Source of the DNA: an uncultured Gammaproteobacteria bacterium
GTDB taxonomy: Bacteria > Patescibacteriota > Microgenomatia > Levybacterales > GWA1-39-11
Length of the DNA: 60,183 nucleotides
NCBI GenBank assembly: GCA_964360265.1
Contig: CAYHUY010000002.1
Location: 1 to 60,183 of the forward strand
Direction of reading: 5' to 3'
The translations under genes and the position numbers were made by a program. Numbering within the stretch: the first letter of the stretch is position 1; every line of letters begins with the position of its first letter. Positions 6,434-15,309 of this stretch are shown here, one piece after another. Under the pieces are notes generated by a model. It did not search any database. It was not told where the DNA came from and saw only the letters and a list, made by a program, of their open reading frames with translations.

Positions 6434-7375
6434 ATGGGCAAAAAGAGTTCGACAAAAACCCAAACCTCCCCAATCTTCCAAAGATATTCTATTGACAAGA
6501 AACCGGATGGAACTATTACAATTAAGGTTATTGTTCCGGCCCAAAACGTTAATAAAGTGCGCGAGGAGACAATAAATAGGCTTGTCAAAAACATTGAAAT
6601 TCGGGGATTCAGAAAAGGGGCGGCTCCAAGGAATCTTGCCGAACAAAAATTGAACCAAGAGTCTGTTCGTGAAGAAATTCTCAAGAAGATATTGACTGAT
6701 GAATACATCGCCGCGATAAAAAATTCGAATATAAATCCAATTGTAAATCCTAAAATTCACGTTGAGCAGTTTGCTGACGGTACAAATCTTGAATTTACGG
6801 CACAAACCTGCGAGATACCCACAGTTGAACTCAATAACTATAAAGACGAAGTCAAAAAGATAAAACCAGCCTCGCCGAGTCTAGGCGGGCCAGCGCCAAA
6901 AATTATTGTACCAGGCAAAGTGGAAACAGCCGCCTCCGCGCAAGGCTCCGGCGAGCCAAGGGAAGGCGAATCTAACAAAAAGCTCGACGAAATACTCTCG
7001 GCGATATTGAATGTCGCACAAATACAAATTCCTAAAATACTGGTCGAACAAGAAACAAATAGACTGCTATCCCAACTCCTTGATGAAATAAAAAGATTAG
7101 GCATAAGCCTGGACCAATATTTGGCTTCCAGAAGCAAAAATGATGAACAGCTGAAAGCAGAATACAATGAGCGTGCGGAAAAAGACTTGAAGCTTGAGTT
7201 TTTGCTCAGAAAAATTGCGGATGAGGAGAAAATTACAGTAGAGTCAAAAGATATAGATCAAGCGCTTAGAGCAATAAAGGACGAAAAGCAAAAACAGGAT
7301 GTGACTCAAAATCCATACTTAGTCGCCGCCATCATTCGCCAACAAAAAACCCTCGAATATTTATCGCAACTATAA
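6434..7375 (+). CDS. tig: trigger factor, short form apparently lacking the PPIase domain
   Basis: The N-terminal ribosome-binding signature GFRKGAAP and a TF-like C-terminal helical region are present. At 313 aa it is too short to hold the FKBP domain. Confidence 0.7.
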   Translation: MGKKSSTKTQTSPIFQRYSIDKKPDGTITIKVIVPAQNVNKVREETINRLVKNIEIRGFRKGAAPRNLAEQKLNQESVREEILKKILTDEYIAAIKNSNINPIVNPKIHVEQFADGTNLEFTAQTCEIPTVELNNYKDEVKKIKPASPSLGGPAPKIIVPGKVETAASAQGSGEPREGESNKKLDEILSAILNVAQIQIPKILVEQETNRLLSQLLDEIKRLGISLDQYLASRSKNDEQLKAEYNERAEKDLKLEFLLRKIADEEKITVESKDIDQALRAIKDEKQKQDVTQNPYLVAAIIRQQKTLEYLSQL

Positions 7376-7397
7376 ATATTTGTGGTATAATGCAGAT

Positions 7398-8051
7398 ATG
7401 AAGCCCAAAACCAACAAACAACAGATATTTGAAGAATCGGTTGAATCAAAACCAAGAGGTCAAGTGGTTGAGCCTACAAATATTGCCGACGAGGCAAAAT
7501 TTGCAATTAGAGACGCGTGGGATCAAGCGCTTTCTGGAACAATAGGAACTGTATCAGAGCAATTACTGGGCACCTCAACACAGAGCGAAAAGCAGTTATT
7601 TGAAGGTCAGGAATTGGTTATTGGTACCAAAAAAAGTAAGGAGAAAATTCAGGCTACGAGCGAACATATGGAATATGTAAGACGTGACGTACAAAACGTT
7701 GAAAGAACTTCAAACTCCGAGGCGAGAACAGAACTTGAGGTTAGACGAGGAGTAGAGCAAATACAGAAGGAGATTAAAAGGCTCATAAATACATCAAAGA
7801 TTGTTGAGCGGACTGTTAAAGATGCTGCCATTGAAAAAGCGCCTGTTAAACCCGGGAAATACCATCTTTCATTTTTTGAATTTGTTTTAGGAGTAATTCG
7901 AGACGCCACTCGCAAACTTGAGGATACTGTACATTTTGGCGCTGTATATACGGGTAAAAAACAACAGTCCAAATACTGGAATGCTTACAAAAAACACGGC
8001 ACAACCTTTGGTCTTTCTGGCGAGCGCACCACGGCCACACAGACAGGCTAA
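7398..8051 (+). CDS. hypothetical protein
   Basis: Long ORF with an ATG at 7398 (the track starts it at 7380). The charged, coiled-looking sequence matches no family I recognise. Confidence 0.6.
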   Translation: MKPKTNKQQIFEESVESKPRGQVVEPTNIADEAKFAIRDAWDQALSGTIGTVSEQLLGTSTQSEKQLFEGQELVIGTKKSKEKIQATSEHMEYVRRDVQNVERTSNSEARTELEVRRGVEQIQKEIKRLINTSKIVERTVKDAAIEKAPVKPGKYHLSFFEFVLGVIRDATRKLEDTVHFGAVYTGKKQQSKYWNAYKKHGTTFGLSGERTTATQTG

Positions 8052-8119
8052 ACCCACCTAGGAGCGCTCCGAGCAATTTACATTCAAGCTCTCATTTGTT
8101 AAAATTCTAGAGTTCTAGC

Positions 8120-8193
8120 GGATTCGTAGCTCAGTTGGTTAGAGCGTTACATTGACATTGTAAAGGCCACAGGTTCGAATCCTGTCGAGTCCA
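8120..8193 (+). tRNA. tRNA-Val(GAC)
   Basis: Reads GGATTCG-TA-GCTC-AGTTGGTTA-GAGC-G-TTACA-TTGACAT-TGTAA-AGGCC-ACAGG-TTCGAAT-CCTGT-CGAGTCC-A. Confidence 0.9.
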
Positions 8194-8210
8194 CAGTCCA
8201 GGCAGGCGGG

Positions 8211-8263
8211 GCGTTGCATTGACATTGCAAAGGTCACAGGTTCGAATCCTGTCGGATCCACCA
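8211..8263 (+). other. orphan tRNA-Val(GAC) 3' portion (position 24 to CCA), preceded by a conserved 17-nt spacer
   Basis: Reads GC-G-TTGCA-TTGACAT-TGCAA-AGGTC-ACAGG-TTCGAAT-CCTGT-CGGATCC-A-CCA. No matching 5' half lies directly upstream other than that of tRNA 8120..8193. Confidence 0.7.
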
Positions 8264-8274
8264 GCGCAACGAAA

Positions 8275-8676
8275 ATGAATAACTATCGAGGAGTTATCAT
8301 CGAAGAATCTCTTGAGAATAAAGAAGTTCTCAAAAAACTTAAGATCATCTCAACAAAAATTGAGAAGGTTACGGAAAAACATATGACTCCATGGCTTACG
8401 CAATGGACATTGCACACCGTACAAATTCCAGAAAATAAAGCAAAAGAAATTGCGCAAGAGATTAGCAAGTCATTAGACCAAAATCATATGGGTTCGTGGT
8501 ACACGGATTTTAAGAATAAAATCCACCATTATATTATTTTCCGCGATAAAATTTTCTATATAGACCGGACAAGTAAAGAACAGTATAACGAAGCGAAACG
8601 CTATGGCATTTCACTTGGCATACCTGAATATCAACTAATATCTCCAGATACTCAAAATTATTCGGACGAAGCATGA
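8275..8676 (+). CDS. hypothetical protein
   Basis: 133-aa ORF whose stop overlaps the next start (ATGA), so it is probably co-transcribed with the glycosylase gene. Confidence 0.55.
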   Translation: MNNYRGVIIEESLENKEVLKKLKIISTKIEKVTEKHMTPWLTQWTLHTVQIPENKAKEIAQEISKSLDQNHMGSWYTDFKNKIHHYIIFRDKIFYIDRTSKEQYNEAKRYGISLGIPEYQLISPDTQNYSDEA

Positions 8677-9641
8677 AGCTTAAAAAGCCTAAAACCTTTT
8701 TTCTCTATCCTAAATTCCCATTTCACTTTGACGGAACTTTTTATAAACCCTCACATTTCCCTAATAAATTAAAATTAGATGATTGGAAGCCGGGTAAATA
8801 TTGGCAAAGCTTACGATTGGGTAAAAAACTCTATGGATTAAAAATAGAAAATGCTGGACCCGTTACTAAACCTGAGCTTAAAGTTTCAGTTTTTTCAAAT
8901 AAGAACCTTATGGAAGAGGAGATCGAAAAAATTAAAAAAGAAATCATTTGGCGTTTTGAGCTAGATGTAGACATGAAAGAATTTAATGAATTAGGAAAGA
9001 AAGACAGGAGATTTTATCCAGTTTTCAAAAAATGGATGGGGATGAGAAATGTCAGTCAATACACTCTTTACGAACTTTTAATCATAGCTATTCTTCTTCA
9101 AAACGCCACCGTACGAAGGAGCCAGCAAATGCTAGATGCGCTCATTGGAAAATTTGGCACAAAAGTTGAATTTGACAAAAAGGAACTTTGGGCTATTTGG
9201 CTTCCCGAAGATTTGGAAAAAGTATCGGAACAAGTGTTGCGAGATTTGAAAATTGGCTATCGCGCAAAGTTTATAAAACGCCTCTCCCAAGATTTTGCCA
9301 AAGGAATAATTGACGAAATGAGTGTGCGCAATAAAAATAAAGACTTGGCAAATAAAGAATTACTTAAGCTGTATGGGGTTGGACCAGAAACTGCTAGAAT
9401 TCTTTTGTTTGAGGTATATCACCACTACGATGTTTTTGATCATATCTCCCCATGGCAGCAAAAAATCTACTCCCGGTTATTCTACGGAAAAGAGTTAGTC
9501 CCCGCAAATAAAATTCGCGATGATATCCAAAAACGATATGAGAAATATTCAATGCTTGCAGTTCATTACATTTGGGAGGATGTTTTTTGGAGGCGGAAAA
9601 ACGAAAAGATAGAGTGGCTTGAAAAAGAAATACGGCTTTAG
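8673..9641 (+). CDS. HhH-GPD superfamily DNA glycosylase (AlkA/Ogg-like)
   Basis: Helix-hairpin-helix signature LKLYGVGPETARILLFEV, an upstream LLIIAILLQNATV helix, and an AlkA-like N-terminal extension. Confidence 0.65.
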   Translation: MKLKKPKTFFLYPKFPFHFDGTFYKPSHFPNKLKLDDWKPGKYWQSLRLGKKLYGLKIENAGPVTKPELKVSVFSNKNLMEEEIEKIKKEIIWRFELDVDMKEFNELGKKDRRFYPVFKKWMGMRNVSQYTLYELLIIAILLQNATVRRSQQMLDALIGKFGTKVEFDKKELWAIWLPEDLEKVSEQVLRDLKIGYRAKFIKRLSQDFAKGIIDEMSVRNKNKDLANKELLKLYGVGPETARILLFEVYHHYDVFDHISPWQQKIYSRLFYGKELVPANKIRDDIQKRYEKYSMLAVHYIWEDVFWRRKNEKIEWLEKEIRL

Positions 9642-9692
9642 ATTCAAAAAAGAATTTCTCAGATGTATTGAACCTGCAGGGACTCCATTGCT

Positions 9693-9744
9693 CCTAGGTG
9701 TAGCTACAATTCCACCTCCCAGGTGGATTAGGTAGTCCACACTA
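9693..9744. repeat. REP-like element, family D
   Basis: CCTAGGTG-tagctacaatt-CCACCTCCCAGGTGG-attaggtagt-CCACACTAG. Its last arm contains the lysA-like stop codon. Confidence 0.65.
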
Positions 9745-11058
9745 GTCATTAAAGCCGGGGAAATTCATTATTGTGTTGAAGTAATCATCCATAGTTCTTT
9801 CCCTCCTTATTTTTAAAACCGATCCGTCGGGTCTTAACAAAAGCTCTTTTGCTCCCAGTTGTCCATTGTATTCATTCGCCATGGCGATTCCATGAGCCCC
9901 GGCATCGTGAATAACAACAACGTCGTCTGGGTGAACCTCGGGTACTTCTCTCTGTTTTGCCCACTTGTCATTATTCTCACAAAGCGATCCTGTTATATCA
10001 ACTTTCATAACTCTTGTTCCTCCTTCTTTTCCTAAGACCGTTGCGTGATGATATGCTGTTTCGTATATCGCAACTCTTGGCATATTTGTAGTGCTTCCAT
10101 CAAGACCTACATAGTTTCTGTATTTTTCTGTAACATGTCTTACTCTTGCTACATAATATCCGTAGGGGCCGGTTACAAACCTCCCACATTCCATTGTAAT
10201 TTGAAGAGGATCAAGACCCTTTGCTGATATCATCTGCTGATAATCTCTTTGAACTTGCTTGGCAACCGCTTTTATATTCACGGGCCTATGCTCACCGGGT
10301 TTGTATGCTATTCCTACACCGCCTCCAAGGTTAATAAAAGATATTCGTACGCCAAGTTGTTGATCAAGCTCTGCAACCAAACCAAATAGCATTCGCGCGG
10401 TTTCGGCAAAATACTCCGGATCTCTTTCGTTTGAGGCAACCATGGTATGAAGCCCAAACCGCGTGACTCCTTTTTGCTTAGCTTGTCTATAGGCGTCAAA
10501 CAATTGATCCTTTCTCAAGCCGTATTTTGCTTCCTGAGGATCACCAATTATCTCATTCCCTATTCTTAATGGTCCAGGATTGTATCTAAAAGCCAATGTC
10601 GAAGGAAGACCAACGTGCTCTTCTAAAAATAGCAAGTGGGTCATGTCGTCAAGATTAATGATCCCTCCAAGCTTCTTTGCTAAAGCAAATTGGTCTGCTG
10701 GCGTATTATTAGAGGTAAACATGATCTTATCGCCTGAAAGTCCGACACGTCTCGCCATTTCAAGCTCTACCATCGAAGAACAATCCGCCCCAAACCCTTC
10801 CTCCGTTAAAATTCTTAAGATGTGGGGGTTAGGTAATGCTTTTACAGCAAAGAAGTTTGTGAAACCAGGCGTCCAGGAGAAGGCATCTTTAAATCCTCTT
10901 GCATTCTCCCGAATTCCTTTTTCGTCATAAATAAAAAATGGAGTGGGGTGTTCTTGGGTAATTTGTTCTATTTGCTCGCGAGTAAAAGGTAGCGAGGTTT
11001 CTTTTTCTACCTCGTCGGGTGTAGCAGGCCTACCATTGTAAGCTTCAATATATGACAC
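9742..11058 (-). CDS. lysA: PLP-dependent Orn/DAP/Arg decarboxylase family, probably diaminopimelate decarboxylase
   Basis: FFAVKALPNPHIL (PLP Lys), GGGVGIAY, and CENNDKW...HDAGAHGIAMANEYNG match the LysA-type pattern. Confidence 0.7.
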   Translation of the reverse strand: MSYIEAYNGRPATPDEVEKETSLPFTREQIEQITQEHPTPFFIYDEKGIRENARGFKDAFSWTPGFTNFFAVKALPNPHILRILTEEGFGADCSSMVELEMARRVGLSGDKIMFTSNNTPADQFALAKKLGGIINLDDMTHLLFLEEHVGLPSTLAFRYNPGPLRIGNEIIGDPQEAKYGLRKDQLFDAYRQAKQKGVTRFGLHTMVASNERDPEYFAETARMLFGLVAELDQQLGVRISFINLGGGVGIAYKPGEHRPVNIKAVAKQVQRDYQQMISAKGLDPLQITMECGRFVTGPYGYYVARVRHVTEKYRNYVGLDGSTTNMPRVAIYETAYHHATVLGKEGGTRVMKVDITGSLCENNDKWAKQREVPEVHPDDVVVIHDAGAHGIAMANEYNGQLGAKELLLRPDGSVLKIRRERTMDDYFNTIMNFPGFND

Positions 11059-11103
11059 AATGGCGCGATTATACCCGTTGCTTTAGTATTTTGCAATTGC
11101 CTC

Positions 11104-11132
11104 TTGACGTTCGCTATTTGATTAATTATACT
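11104..11132 (+). promoter_or_regulatory. sigma70-type promoter for the aminotransferase gene
   Basis: TTGACG, 17-nt spacer, TATACT, lying 27 nt upstream of the ATG at 11159. Confidence 0.55.
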
Positions 11133-11158
11133 TCACGTCAATTCCTGTCCGTCAAGAT

Positions 11159-12370
11159 ATGGCGCGCGAAATACCCGGCCCTCAGCTACAAGAACCGCCC
11201 TCAATGCTCCCTGAGGGAGGAGTAAATTTATTTCAAGGCATTAAAGAAGCAAGCGCAAGAGCAGAAGCCATAGGCATTGAGTTGGTTAAACTCTCAATAG
11301 GACAACCTGAAGGATATCCTCTCGAAACAGCGATGGAGAAAGCAGCGGAAGCGATAAAAAGTAGAAATCAAAGCATGCATGAATATCAAGATAACGGCAC
11401 GCCCGGAGTCCCTGGTTTCTGCGAGGGTTTCGTTAGGGCTCACGTAAAAACAGATCTTGACACCAAAAACATCGCTTACCTTCCTACTCCGGGAACAAAA
11501 CCAATGCTTGGTTTATTTTCTCTTGCCTGTGGAGGCGCGGACAAGAAGATCAATATAGCTATGATGACTAATCCCGGATACCCGACTCCAAAAGACTGGG
11601 CAGGAGGATACCTAAAGCACAATGTTTTTGAGCTACCTTTAAATCCTGAAAACAAGTTCAGATTCTCTGCGAAAGACATTCCTGACGGGATTAATTTGCT
11701 AATGATTAATTATCCTCATAACCCAAGCGGGCAGGTCGCAACTAAAGAACAACTTGAAGAACTTTGCCAGTATTGCCAGACCAAAGGAATAAGGCTTGTC
11801 AACGATGCGGCTTATATTGCCTTGAGTCATACCGATGAAGGTTCCTCTCTTACGGATGTGGCCGTAAAATACCCGGGGCTTTCATGGATAGAGCTTTTCT
11901 CTTCCTCAAAGACTTTGGGGAACGCTACAGGATGGAGAATAGGAGCAGCAGTAGGATCCCCAATATTTATTAAGGATCTGGCTACTATCAAAGGCAATAC
12001 CGACAGTGGTTTTGCCGCACCTCTTGCAGCAGGGGTTCTTTTTGCAGTCGAAAATGATAAAGAAGGAATTGAAGCTAATCGAAAGAAGTACGGAACAAGA
12101 ATTAATATTCTTATGGACATACTTACCGGCAACGGGATGGAATTAGCAGTAATACCCCAAGCGGGATTTTTCACATTATGGAAAGCGCCAGGGCTCGCTT
12201 TCGGAGAAAAGATGCAAGACGCGGCGGATTTTAATAACAGAATGATTAACCAAACAGGCATAGTCGGTGTGCCATTTCACCCATATATTAGGTACGCTGT
12301 TTGTGTAGATGTTGAATCTGCCGCTGATAAAATACAAGCTGCATTTAAAAAAGCCGCTGTTTCCTACTAA
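11159..12370 (+). CDS. class I/II aminotransferase, possibly LL-diaminopimelate aminotransferase
   Basis: PLP-lysine context SSSKTLGNATGWRIG and NYPHNPSG. It is divergent from the lysA-like gene, which suggests a lysine-pathway role. Confidence 0.6.
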   Translation: MAREIPGPQLQEPPSMLPEGGVNLFQGIKEASARAEAIGIELVKLSIGQPEGYPLETAMEKAAEAIKSRNQSMHEYQDNGTPGVPGFCEGFVRAHVKTDLDTKNIAYLPTPGTKPMLGLFSLACGGADKKINIAMMTNPGYPTPKDWAGGYLKHNVFELPLNPENKFRFSAKDIPDGINLLMINYPHNPSGQVATKEQLEELCQYCQTKGIRLVNDAAYIALSHTDEGSSLTDVAVKYPGLSWIELFSSSKTLGNATGWRIGAAVGSPIFIKDLATIKGNTDSGFAAPLAAGVLFAVENDKEGIEANRKKYGTRINILMDILTGNGMELAVIPQAGFFTLWKAPGLAFGEKMQDAADFNNRMINQTGIVGVPFHPYIRYAVCVDVESAADKIQAAFKKAAVSY

Positions 12371-12430
12371 TTCATCGTTCATTCTCTTTAATTTTGCTAT
12401 ACTGGATTTGTGAATCGAGTAGACAGAAAT

Positions 12431-12486
12431 CCCGAGGTGTCAATAGAAATCCACCTCCGAGAGGGAATAGCTTGGACACCTAGAGA
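12431..12486. repeat. REP-like element, family C (degenerate 3' half)
   Basis: CCCGAGGTG-tcaatagaaat-CCACCTCCGAGAGGG-aatagcttgga-CACCTAGAG. Confidence 0.6.
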
Positions 12487-12552
12487 TGCATCATCTTTGC
12501 TTTCAGAGTGTTGCAGTAAATCCTGGTCTGTGAGATACTTTTCTTACGTCCT

Positions 12553-12768
12553 ATGCTCAAGAAAAATCAGATTAATTTCAAAAACATTTTTGCTACAAAT
12601 GTTCTCGGTGGCATGGCATGGGGATTAGGTGCAACAGTTGGACTTGCTGTTATTTTTGCTATCTTAGGTTTTATGCTTAACAGGTTGAACTTAGTACCGA
12701 TTGTTGGATCTTTTATCTCTGACATTTTAGGCCCCATTTTACAAAATAATCCACAACTGATAAAATAG
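12553..12768 (+). CDS. small membrane protein (DUF5665-like)
   Basis: 71 aa with two hydrophobic helices. The family assignment is from memory only. Confidence 0.5.
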   Translation: MLKKNQINFKNIFATNVLGGMAWGLGATVGLAVIFAILGFMLNRLNLVPIVGSFISDILGPILQNNPQLIK

Positions 12769-12773
12769 CCTCG

Positions 12774-13997
12774 ATGGATAATAAAAACCTAAAAGACCAT
12801 AGGCAAATTGGACAAGAACTTGACCTTTTTTCAGTTCATAATATAGCGCCTGGGGCAATTTTCTGGCACCACAAAGGCTGGATTATTTATAAAACCTTAG
12901 TCGAATTCATTCAGTCGGAAATCGAAAAAGAGGGATATCGGGAGATCTCAACTCCGGTGATGGTCAAAAGTCAATTATTCAAAGACTCGGGACATTGGGA
13001 ACATTTTGGCGAACACAACATGTTTAACTTAATAATTGACGAGGAGAGTTACTCTTTGAAGCCAATGAATTGCCCAGAGGCTTGCCTTATTTACTCGACG
13101 AAAACCAGAAGTTATCAAGATTTACCTATAAGATATGCAGAATTCGGAATATTGCATAGGAGAGAATTATCCGGTGTGTTAGGGGGTTTATTAAGGGTTC
13201 GACAATTTACTATTGATGATGCGCATCATTTTATCAGGCCTGATCAAATTCAGCAGGAGATCATAGATTTACTTTCACTAACTTCCGATTTTTACAAAAA
13301 ATTAGGATTTGAACCGCATTTTTATTTAGCAACAAAACCCGAAAAGGCAATGGGAGACATAAAGCTTTGGGAAGAGGCTGAACGCGATCTTGAAAAAGCA
13401 TTAAAAGCCGCAAAAGTGAACTACGACATTAAAGAAAAAGACGGGGCATTTTATGGACCAAAGATTGACATTCACATCAAAGACTCACAAGACCGTGATT
13501 GGCAGCTTGCTACTATTCAACTCGACTTTCAGATTCCAGATCGCATGGGGCTTGAATATATTGACCGTGACGGTAAACCTAAAAGACCCGTTATAGTACA
13601 TAGGGCGATATTGGGGTCACTAGAACGTTTTATTGGAATTCTGATTGAACATTATCAGGGAGCATTTCCTTTATGGCTTGCTCCAATTCAAGTTGCGGTT
13701 TTACCAATTTCTGAGAAAGTAGAAGAGTATGCCCGGGGGGTATTCGAACAACTTAGAAATGAGGGTATACGTGTTGAATTAGATTCTTCTGATAAACCAA
13801 TAGGCGCAAAAATACGTGAGGCTACTTTACAAAAGATACCCTTCCTGTGTATAATAGGCGAGAAAGAGAGAGATAAGTCTTCTGAGAGTGGAGACTTTTT
13901 TGTGTCAGTACGAACTCGAGAAGGAAAGGATATGGGAGAGCAAAAACTCAATGCTTTCATCGAGAGTTTAAAAAAGGACATTGAGAAGGCAAAATAA
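12774..13997 (+). CDS. thrS: threonyl-tRNA synthetase, catalytic plus anticodon-binding domains only
   Basis: It starts at the DHRQIGQELDLF motif that opens the class II core, and sits in the conserved thrS-infC-rpmI-rplT context. At 407 aa it lacks the TGS and editing region. Confidence 0.85.
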   Translation: MDNKNLKDHRQIGQELDLFSVHNIAPGAIFWHHKGWIIYKTLVEFIQSEIEKEGYREISTPVMVKSQLFKDSGHWEHFGEHNMFNLIIDEESYSLKPMNCPEACLIYSTKTRSYQDLPIRYAEFGILHRRELSGVLGGLLRVRQFTIDDAHHFIRPDQIQQEIIDLLSLTSDFYKKLGFEPHFYLATKPEKAMGDIKLWEEAERDLEKALKAAKVNYDIKEKDGAFYGPKIDIHIKDSQDRDWQLATIQLDFQIPDRMGLEYIDRDGKPKRPVIVHRAILGSLERFIGILIEHYQGAFPLWLAPIQVAVLPISEKVEEYARGVFEQLRNEGIRVELDSSDKPIGAKIREATLQKIPFLCIIGEKERDKSSESGDFFVSVRTREGKDMGEQKLNAFIESLKKDIEKAK

Positions 13998-14547
13998 ATT
14001 TAAAAAAAGAGTATTTTACAGAATAAACAGAGAGATTCGCGTAGCTACTGTTCGGCTCTTAGATGACAATGGTAAGCAAATCGGGGTAGTGCCTCTTCAT
14101 GAAGCATTTAAGCTCTCGGAGGAAAAACATTTGGATCTTGTTGAGGTTGCGCCAAAAGCTGTACCTCCTGTAGTCAAACTAATTGACTATAATAAGTTTC
14201 TATATCAACTTAAGAAAAAAAAACAGGAGGAAAAAAAGCATTCGACAAGTTCTGAAACAAAACAGGTACAATTTGGGCCATTCATAGATGACCATGACTT
14301 AAATATAAAAATTGCAAGGGCAAGAGAATTTATAACGGATGGCAATAAGGTAAGATTTGTAGTGAAGTTTAGGGGAAGAGAAATGACAAAGCAGGATTTG
14401 GGAAGATCTGTTTTAACAAGAACAGTTGAGAGGATGAGCGATCTCGCCAAGATAGATAAGGAAATGCATATGGAAGGAAGACAACTTGTTATGGTAATGT
14501 CAAAAGTATCAAGACATGAAGTCGTAGCAGAAGCGGCACAAAGTTAA
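13981..14547 (+). CDS. infC: translation initiation factor IF-3
   Basis: INREIRVATVRLLDDNGKQIGV...LDLVEV...PPVVKLIDYNKFLY. The start is uncertain: TTG at 13981, or a downstream AUA/AUU as is common for infC. Confidence 0.85.
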   Translation: MRRQNKFKKRVFYRINREIRVATVRLLDDNGKQIGVVPLHEAFKLSEEKHLDLVEVAPKAVPPVVKLIDYNKFLYQLKKKKQEEKKHSTSSETKQVQFGPFIDDHDLNIKIARAREFITDGNKVRFVVKFRGREMTKQDLGRSVLTRTVERMSDLAKIDKEMHMEGRQLVMVMSKVSRHEVVAEAAQS

Positions 14548-14552
14548 ATATT

Positions 14553-14747
14553 ATGACAAAACTAAAGAGGAGAAAATCAGCTGTCAAACGTTTTAAGATT
14601 ACCGCAACCGGCAAGGTTTTAAGCGGTCATCAAATGAGGAGACATTTGCGGCGTAAGAAGTCCGCAAGTAATCTTAGAAGGAAAGCCATTCCTAACGTTT
14701 TGAGCGGGAAGTTTGCGAAAAAAATTAAACAAATGATGACAGCGTAG
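14553..14747 (+). CDS. rpmI: 50S ribosomal protein L35
   Basis: 64-aa basic protein (KLKRRKSAVKRFKITATGKV) immediately after infC. Confidence 0.9.
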   Translation: MTKLKRRKSAVKRFKITATGKVLSGHQMRRHLRRKKSASNLRRKAIPNVLSGKFAKKIKQMMTA

Positions 14748-14900
14748 AATTTATGTTGAAGCGGTTTACAAAACGAATCAATTTGAACTTTAAACACTCA
14801 AAATCGGATCGAGCCGCAACTAATTCATACAGAAACTATCATCAAAAAATTAAAAAAATTTTTCAGAATGTAAATCCGTTCAGGAAACTTAAGAAACAAT

Positions 14901-15245
14901 ATGACAAGAGTTAAAAGAGGAGTAGAATCCCGAAGAAAACATAAAAAATTATTATCCTTTACCCGCGGCTATAGGGGAACCAAAAGCAAGCTGGTAAAGG
15001 TTGCTCGTGAAGCAGCGCTCCATGCGGGTGAATATGCATTCCATGGGCGAAAAAGGAAAAAAAGAGATTTCAGACAACTTTGGATTATAAGAATCTCAGA
15101 AGCCGCAAAACAGGAAGGCACTTCATACAATAAATTAATTTCCGATCTAAACAAAAAAAAGATCATGTTGAACAGGAAAATATTGAGCGATCTGGTTTTA
15201 AATGACCGAGAAACATTTAAAAAAATCGTTGGCGCGGTAAAGTAG
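14901..15245 (+). CDS. rplT: 50S ribosomal protein L20
   Basis: MTRVKRGVESRRKHKKLL...GYRG is the typical L20 N-terminus. Confidence 0.9.
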   Translation: MTRVKRGVESRRKHKKLLSFTRGYRGTKSKLVKVAREAALHAGEYAFHGRKRKKRDFRQLWIIRISEAAKQEGTSYNKLISDLNKKKIMLNRKILSDLVLNDRETFKKIVGAVK

Positions 15246-15271
15246 ATTATCTACTCATTGCATCAATTGCG

Positions 15272-15297
15272 ACCCTGATTCATTCAGGGTTTTTTTG
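15272..15297 (+). terminator. rho-independent terminator after rplT
   Basis: ACCCTGA-ttcat-TCAGGGT is followed by a T7 run. Confidence 0.7.
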
Positions 15298-15309
15298 TAT
15301 AATAAAGGT

